Shown in pieces: positions 57,101 through 64,000 of a DNA stretch of 64,000 bases. The DNA is taken from NCBI GenBank assembly GCA_002269645.1, contig NIVC01000887.1:1-64000 (forward strand). The letters are read 5' to 3'. Position numbers and translations under genes: made by a program. This DNA comes from Macrostomum lignano. Taxonomy: Eukaryota. How positions within the stretch are numbered: the stretch's first letter is position 1; each line of letters opens with the position of its first letter. The notes below the pieces were generated by a model, which was not told the DNA's origin, did no database searches, and saw nothing but the letters and a program-made list of their open reading frames with translations.

Positions 57101-58548
57101 CCACAATCATGCCCACTATCATGCTCATAATCATGCCCACAAACATGCCCACTATCATGCTCATAATCATGCTCACAATCATCCTCACAATCATGCCCAC
57201 AATCATGCCCACAATCATGCCCACAATCATGCTCACAATCATGCTCACAATCATCCTCACAATCATCCTCGCAATCATCCTCACAATCATGCCCACAATC
57301 ATGCCCACAATCATCCTCACAATCATCCTCACAATCATCCTCACAATCATCCTCACAATCATCCTCACAATCATGCCCACAATCATGCCCACTATCATGC
57401 CCACTATCATGCTCACAATCATGCTCACAATCATCCTCACAATCATGCCCACAATCAAGCCTAAAATCATGCTCACAATCATCCTCACAATCATCCTCAC
57501 AATCATGCCCACAATCATGCCCACAATCATCCTCACAATCATGCCCACAATCATGCTCACAATCATGCCCACAATCATGCCTACAATCATGCCCACAATC
57601 ATGCCCACTATCATGCTCACAATCATCCTCACAATCATCCTCACAATCATCCTCACAATCATCCTCACAATCATGCCCACAATCATGCCCACAATCATGC
57701 CCACAATCATGCCCACAATCATGCCCACAATCATGCTCACATCATACTCACAATCATGCTCACATCATACTCACAATCATCCTCACAATCATTCTCACAA
57801 TCGTCCTCACAATCATCCTCACAATCATCCTCACAATCATCCTCACAATCATCCTCACAATCATGCTCACAATCATGCTCACAATCATGCCCACAATCAT
57901 GCTCACATCATACTCACAATCATGCTCACATCATACTCACAATCATCCTCACAATCATTCTCACAATCGTCCTCACAATCATTCTCACAATCATGCCCAC
58001 AATCATCCTCACCATCATCCTCACAATCATCCTCACAATCATGCTCACAATCATGCTCACAATCATGCCCACAATCATGCTCACATCATACTCACAATCA
58101 TGCTCACAATCATTCTCACAATCGTCCTCACAATCATTCTCACAATCATGCCCACAATCATCCTCACAATCATCCTCACAATCATCCTCACAATCATCCT
58201 CACAATCATGCTCACAATCATGCCCACAATCATGCCTACAATCATGCCCACAATCTTGCCCACTATCATGCTCACAAGCACATGTCGGCATTGGCCTTCC
58301 GCAGCAAATCATCAACTACAACTGCCGCGCACTGGTGGCAGCGGTTCCGTTCTTCACTTACGCCGACCAGGACTTCGTCTCCGAGGTGGTCACCAAGCTC
58401 AGATACGAGGTGTTCCAGCCAGGCGATCTCATCATCAAGGAGGGCACCATCGGAGCAAAGATGTACTTCATCCAGGAGGGCATTGTGGACATCATTACGA
58501 AGGAGGGCGAAGTCGCCACCAGCCTGTCTGATGGATCCTACTTTGGTG
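51165..58548 (+). CDS. HCN: Hyperpolarization-activated cyclic-nucleotide-gated channel (HCN/Ih), 3'-incomplete; exons 51165-51823, 52757-52920, 53794-53961, 54144-54241, 55153-55302, 55793-56011, 56103-56249, 58305-58548
   Basis: HCN domain ([46 protein letters not shown]), S4 ([32 protein letters not shown]), pore ([13 protein letters not shown]), C-linker ([40 protein letters not shown]), CNBD ([34 protein letters not shown]). All phases match; the next exon (EICLL..) was not found in the window. Confidence 0.97.
52050..52290 (-). mobile_element. Diverged SINE family 2 copy in HCN intron 1
   Basis: GTGCCTTGGGGGTTGGCC core, GAATCGAGCC (reverse-complement B box) and CACAC-type tail match 41925-42145. 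Confidence 0.55.
52356..52663 (-). mobile_element. tRNA-derived SINE family 1 (tRNA-Val-like head, CORE/Meta-like central domain, (ATT)n tail)
   Basis: Minus strand: GGGGTTGTAGCTTAGTGG (A box), CTCACGA loop, GGTTCGATTCCC (B box), TGTGTCCTTGAGCAAGACTCTTAAC..CCCAGCTGTAAAATGGGT, tail TTATTATTATT. Confidence 0.8.
52945..53715. repeat. About 35-bp minisatellite TTCAAATGATGCGATTGATTCAGTGCGATTGAGAG in HCN intron 2
   Basis: Direct periodicity with higher-order variants. Confidence 0.93.
54253..55057. repeat. 36-bp minisatellite CTCAGGGAGTACTCATGGCATGTTGGTGTGCCTGCT in HCN intron 4
   Basis: Direct tandem periodicity; starts about 12 nt after the donor. Confidence 0.97.
55505..55712. repeat. 25-bp minisatellite GATGAGATAGAGGTGAGATTAGAGA in HCN intron 5
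   Basis: Direct tandem periodicity. Confidence 0.9.
56545..58277. repeat. 12-bp minisatellite ACAATCAT(CCT/GCT/GCC)C in HCN intron 7
   Basis: Direct tandem periodicity; source of ORFs 56425-58569. Confidence 0.97.
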
Positions 58549-58614
58549 GTAAGAATTGGGTCTTATTGATTGGTGCTTACATGCCAACGGGTTCACAATG
58601 CTTAACACCCACCT

Positions 58615-58912
58615 TAGCACCCACCTCACTCCTGCACCCACCTCACTCCCGCACCCACCTCACTCCTGCACCCACCTCACTCCTGCACCCACCTCACTCC
58701 CGCACCCACCTCACTCCCGCACCCACCTCACTCCCGCCCGCACCTCACTCCCGCACCCACCTCACTCCCGCACCCACCTCACTCCCGCACCCACCTCACT
58801 CCCGCACCCACCTCACTCCCGCCCGCACCTCACTCCCGCACCCACCTCACTCCCGCACCCACCTCACTCCCGCACCCACCTCACTCCCGCACCCACCTCA
58901 CTCCCGCACCCA
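58615..58912. repeat. 17-bp minisatellite CCCGCACCCACCTCACT in HCN intron 8
   Basis: Direct tandem periodicity. Confidence 0.95.
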
Positions 58913-59054
58913 CTGCGTCAGCTTGTCCCATAGATACTAGAATAACTAGTGAATGAAGACGCTGTCGTCTTCAAAGGTGGGACGATGGTTTATATTGTGT
59001 CCATTATTGTTTATGGCTATGACATCTATTTATTTAACCTAAATTGAGAGCTAA

Positions 59055-62000
59055 AAAGCCCCCCACGCTCCTGGCATTAGTTAGTCTAGTGGTATAGTGG
59101 GGGACTGGCCGCCCCCCACGCCCCTGGCATTAGTTAGTCTAGTGGTATAGTGGGGGCTGGCCGCCCCCACGCCCCTGGCATTAGTTAGTCTAGTGGTATA
59201 GTGGGGGGCTGGCCGCCCCCACGCCCCTGGCATTTGTTAGTCTAGTGGTATAGTGGGGGCTGGCCGCCCCCACGCCCCTGGCATTTATTAGTCTAGTGGT
59301 ATAGTGGGAGGCTCGCCGCCCCACACGCCCCTGGCATTAGTTAGTCTAAGTGGTATAGTGGGGGGCTGACCACCCCCCACGCCCCTGGCATTAGTTAGTC
59401 TAGTGGTATAGTGGGTGGCTGGCCGCCCCCCACGCCCCTGGCATTAGTTAGTCTAGTGGTATAGTGGGGGCTGGCCGCCCCCCACGCCCCTGGCATTAGT
59501 TAGTCTAGTGGTATAGTGGGGGGCTGGCCGCCCCCACGCCCCTGGCATTAGTTAGTCTAGTGGTATAGTGGGGGGCTGGCCGCCCCCACGCCCCTGGCAT
59601 TAGTTAGTCTAGTGGTATAGTGGTATAGTGGGGGGCTAGCCGCCCCCACGCCCCTGGCATTAGTTAGTCTAGTGGTATAGTGGGGGGCTGGCCGCCCCCA
59701 CGCCCCTGGCATTAGTTAGTCTAGTGGTATAGTGGGGGCTGGCCGCCCCCCACGCCCCTGGCATTAGTTAGTCTAGTGGTATAGTGGGGGCTGGCCACCC
59801 CCACGCCCCTGGCATTAGTTAGTCTAGTGGTATAGTGGGGGCTGGCCACCCCCCACGCCCCTGGCATTAGTTAGTCTAGTGGTATAGTGGGGGGCTGGCC
59901 GCCCCCACGCCCCTGGCATTAGTTAGTCTAGTGGTATAGTGGGGGGCTGGCCGCCCCCACGCCCCTGGCATTAGTTAGTCTAGTGGTATAGTGGGGGGCT
60001 GGCCGCCCCCACGCCCCTGGCATTAGTTAGTCTAAGTGGTATAGTGGGGGGCTGGCCGCCCCCACGCCCCTGGCATTAGTTAGTCTAGTGGTATAGTGGG
60101 GGCTGGCCGCCCCCACGCCCCTGGCATTAGTTAGTCTAGTGGTATAGTGGGGGCTGGCCGCCCCCCACGCCCCTGGCATTAGTTAGTCTAAGTGGTATAG
60201 TGGGGGCTGGCCGCCCCCCACGCCCCTGGCATTAGTTAGTCTAGTGGTATAGTGGGGGGCTGGCCCCCCCACGCCCCTGGCATTAGTTAGTCTAGTGGTA
60301 TAGTGGGGGGCTGGCCGCCCCCACGCCCCTGGCATTTATTAGTCTAGTGGTATAGTGGGGGGCTCGCCGCCCCCACGCCCCTGGCATTAGTTAGTCTAAG
60401 TGGTATAGTGGGGGCTGGCCGCCCCCACGCCCCTGGCATTAGTTAGTCTAGTGGTATAGTGGTATAGTGGGGGCTGGCCGCCCCCACACACCTGGCATTA
60501 GTTAGTCTAGTGGTATAGTAGGGGGCTGGCCGCCCCCACGCCCCTGGCATTAGTTAGTCTAGTGGTATAGTGGGGGGCTGGCCGCCCCCACGCCCCTGGC
60601 ATTAGTTAGTCTAGTGGTATAGTAGGGGGCTGGCCGCCCCCACGCCCCTGGCATTAGTTAGTCTAAGTGGTATAGTGGGGGCTTGCCGCCCCCACGCCCC
60701 TGGCATTAGTTAGTCTAGTGGTATAGTGGGGGGCTGGCCACCCCCCACGCCCCTGGCATTAGTTAGTCTAGTGGTATAGTGGGGGCTGGCCGCCCCCACG
60801 CCCCTGGCATTAGTTAGTCTAGTGGTATAGTGGGGGCTGGCCGCCCCCCACGCCCCTGGCATTAGTTAGTCTAGTGGTATAGTGGGGGCTGGCCGCCCCC
60901 ACGTCCCTGGCATTAGTTAGTCTAAGTGGTATAGTGGGGGCTGCCGCCCCCACGCCCCTGGCATTAGTTAGTCTAGTGGTATAGTGGGGGGCTGGCCGCC
61001 CCCACGCCCCTGGCATTAGTTAGTCTAGTGGTATAGTGGTATAGTGGGGGGCTAGCCGCCCCCCACGCCCCTGGCATTAGTTAGTCTAGTGGTATAGTGG
61101 GGGCTGGCCGCCCCCCACGCCCCTGGCATTAGTTAGTCTAGTGGTATAGTGGGGGCTGGCCGCCCCCACGCCCCTGGCATTAGTTAGTCTAGTGGTATAG
61201 TGGGGGGCTGGCCGCCCCCACGCCCCTGGCATTAGTTAGTCTAAGTGGTATAGTGGGGGCTGGCCGCCCCCACGCCCCTGGCATTAGTTAGTCTAGTGGT
61301 ATAGTGGGGGCTGGCCGCCCCCACGCCCCTGGCATTAGTTAGTCTAGTGGTATAGTGGGGGGCTGGCCGCCCCCCACGCCCCTGGCATTAGTTAGTCTAA
61401 GTGGTATAGTGGGGGCTGGCCGCCCCCACGCCCCTGGCATTAGTTAGTCTAGTGGTATAGTGGGGGCTGGCCACCCCCACGCCCCTGGCATTAGTTAGTC
61501 TAGTGGTATAGTGGGGGGCTGGCCGCCCCCCACGCCCCTGGCATTATTAGTCTAGTGGTATAGTGGGGGCTCGCCGCCCCCACGCCCCTGGCATTAGTTA
61601 GTCTAAGTGGTATAGTGGGGGCTGGCCGCCCCCCACGCCCCTGGCATTAGTTAGTCTAGTGGTATAGTGTATAGTGGGGGCTGGCCGCCCCCACACACCT
61701 GGCATTAGTTAGTCTAGTGGTATAGTAGGGGGCTGGCCGCCCCCACGCCCCTGGCATTAGTTAGTCTAGTGGTATAGTGGGGGCTGGCCGCCCCCACGCC
61801 CCTGGCATTAGTTAGTCTAGTGGTATAGTGGGGGGCTGGCCGCCCCCACGCCCCTGGCATTAGTTAGTCTAAGTGGTATAGTGGGGGCTTGCCGCCCCCA
61901 CGCCCCTGGCATTAGTTAGTCTAGTGGTATAGTGGGGGGCTGGCCACCCCCACGCCCCTGGCATTAGTTAGTCTAGTGGTATAGTGGGGGCTGGCCGCCC

Positions 62001-62410
62001 CCACGCCCCTGGCATTAGTTAGTCTAGTGGTATAGTGGGGGCTGGCCGCCCCCACGCCCCTGGCATTAGTTAGTCTAGTGGTATAGTAGGGGGCTGGCCG
62101 CCCCCCACGCCCCTGGCATTTATTAGTCTAGTGGTATAGTGGGGGCTGGCCGCCCCCACGCCCCTGGCATTAGTTTCTCTAGTGGTATAGTGGGGGCTGG
62201 CCGCCCCCACGCCCCTGGCATTAGTTAGTCTAGTGGTATAGTGGGGGCTGGCCGCCCCCCACGCCACTGGCATTAGTTAGTCTAGTGGTATAGTGGGGGC
62301 TGGCCGCCCCCACACCCCTGGCATTAGTTTCTCTAGTGGTATAGTGGGGAGTTGGCCGCCCCACGCCCCTGGCATTAGTTTGTCTAGTGGTATAGTGGAG
62401 GGCTGGCCGC
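59055..62410. repeat. About 52-bp minisatellite GGCATTAGTTAGTCTAGTGGTATAGTGGGGGGCTGGCCGCCCCCACGCCCCT (roughly 60-65 units)
   Basis: Direct periodicity; G/C run lengths vary; each unit has a GGGGGC-n5-GCCCCC inverted repeat. Confidence 0.97.
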
Positions 62411-62710
62411 CCCCACACCCCCGCTCCCCCACCCCTCCCGCGCGTTGTTGTTGGGGAGGGTGGTTGTTGTTGTGGGGTTTGCGTAACGTGGGGGCTGCCG
62501 CCCCCACACCCCCGCTCCCCCACCCCTCCCGCGCGTTGTTGTTGGGGAGGGTGGTTGTTGTTGTGGGGTTTGCGTAACGTGGGGGCTGCCGCCCCCACAC
62601 CCCCGCTCCCCCACCCCTCCCGCACATTGTTGTTGGGGAGGGTGGTTGTTGTTGTGGGGTTTGCGTAACGTGGGGGCTGCCGCCCCCACACCCCCGCTCC
62701 CCCACCCCAC
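62400..62710. repeat. About 91-bp tandem repeat (roughly 3 units) sharing the GGGGGCTGCCGCCCCC hairpin with the 52-bp array
   Basis: Direct periodicity at about 62411, 62501 and 62592. Confidence 0.9.
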
Positions 62711-62984
62711 CCCTCCGCAACTTTTCCCACCTCTAACACATCTTTTTAGCATGCTAAAACTGCTTGTAAGCCTTTGGCGACCGCGCAACACATGATACTT
62801 GCCGATATGTATCGTAATATTCTTTCTGCACTAACAAATCATCTGTGCCGCACTTTCAGCTTCACTCTTACTCTTTAATAAGGTATAGAAGGAAAGGAAA
62901 ATTAAACAATCAATATTAAATTATATTCAAGTGAAAGAGAATTGAAAATACTAATAAATCCGTTCCTGCTAAAAAATTAAATAT

Positions 62985-63085
62985 AAAAAAAACTTGGCCC
63001 ACTTGGGATTCGAACCCGTGTTTAGGCCATTTACAAAGCAACTGCCTTCGGCCCCGATCCATCTCTTACTTAAGCGAAGCTCTAC
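62985..63085 (-). other. Degenerate tRNA-derived relic (B box GGGTTCGAATCCC followed by an oligo-T run)
   Basis: B box at 63005-63017 and a T run on the minus strand; no clean cloverleaf or A box. Confidence 0.35.
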
Positions 63086-64000
63086 AGTGCACGCCGTTTA
63101 TATCGAATATTCCCTATGGTAGCCACTTTTACGATTTTTGCTGCTTTTTCATACATTTCTGCTCGCTGCATCGCAGCGCCTTCATCTAAAAATGCGAGTC
63201 GCATGTCGTTACAGAGATAACATCAAGGCGCATTCATCTAATGCATTTTTAAAGTATGTCAACAAATTTTACGCCTCCTAGGCGCCAAATTGTGCATTTT
63301 CACCTGTTCTGACAGGTATTCAAACAGGTATTAAGACCTATTAACTTAAGAATCAGTTTTCAAAACTAATTTAGTTGCACAGTGCATCCATAGTGCTGTT
63401 TTTAGACACCAAAATTGAGTCTCTAGGCCTTGCCAATGCAGAGTTATTAGCAAAAGTATGCTCAAAATTTGCCCAAAAATAGCCTTCTCAAAATTCGGAG
63501 CCAATTTTCTCAAAAATACGAATTTTCCAGCCATATTGGCGTATGACCGGTGTAACTTCATCTATTCGACTAAACAATATTGAAAATGCAGAAAAATCGG
63601 TGCGCAAAATTTCTTATTTTTCCACTTCAAAGTTTGTACCCCAAAATGGGCCGTTTTTCACTTAACAGGTAAAAAGTACCTGTTAACAGGGGTTTTTTCA
63701 GGAGTGTCTTATGTCATTCAAAAGGGCATCCGATGGGCTACAATTTGACGCCATACTCGAAAAACTTTGCCCCATTTTAAAAAAATTTCCTTAACAACGT
63801 CTGATTTTCTGCAGTGCCCCCCGGCCTCTTTTTTCCCTGGTTTTCGGGTCACTGCTCAGCACAGGTAGGTCCAAATGCTTAGAAAATTTAGGAAAACAAA
63901 TTTCCATATGTTTGACACATCGTGTTAAAGTCTCACCACTGTAGCATAAAACACTTTTTCAAGTTTGAGGACTACTTTTTTAAAACGTGACCCAATTTTT

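Larger units (their letters stand above)
58946..62889 (-). mobile_element. Non-autonomous Helitron-like element with amplified internal tandem arrays
   Basis: Minus-strand 3' end: perfect hairpin GAAGACG-ACAG-CGTCTTC (58955-58972), 5 nt, CTAG then T; candidate 5' end TCTATACCTTATTAAAG at 62889 (preceded by T rather than the canonical A); no Rep/helicase ORF. Confidence 0.6.

Noticed and set aside
59055-62410. CRISPR-like array (palindromic repeat of about 50 bp)
   Set aside because: No unique spacers (units differ only in homopolymer length and point changes), no cas genes, and the context is an intron-containing eukaryotic gene.
62985-63085. Functional tRNA gene
   Set aside because: Only the B box and an oligo-T run are recognisable; acceptor, D and anticodon stems do not pair convincingly.

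Overview
Eukaryotic (metazoan) genomic DNA: short GC-rich exons separated by introns and intergenic spacers that are largely filled with distinct micro/minisatellite arrays. The style suggests a free-living flatworm such as Macrostomum, but that is inference only. Six host genes were reconstructed by hand with GT-AG exon boundaries: synaptotagmin-4 (+), a PH-domain/coiled-coil gene (-), eIF6 (-), ETHE1 (-), WDR1/AIP1 (-) and an HCN/Ih channel (+, 3' end beyond the window). Mobile DNA: an intact, very young Ty3/Gypsy (Mag-like) LTR retrotransposon (6690-11322) whose single gag-pol ORF fills the whole internal region (ATG at the first base after the 5' LTR overlapping the PBS, stop codon = first TGA of the 3' LTR); two non-autonomous hAT elements with 8-bp TSDs; a 200-bp solo LTR inside a minisatellite; a Helitron-like element swollen by about 3.3 kb of a hairpin+CTAG repeat; and two tRNA-derived SINE families. 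Most long ORFs in the supplied track are translations of tandem repeats. Three clear single-base deletions (and one possible fourth) in short G/C runs break otherwise intact genes and look like long-read consensus errors. No CRISPR, rRNA or convincing tRNA gene is present.
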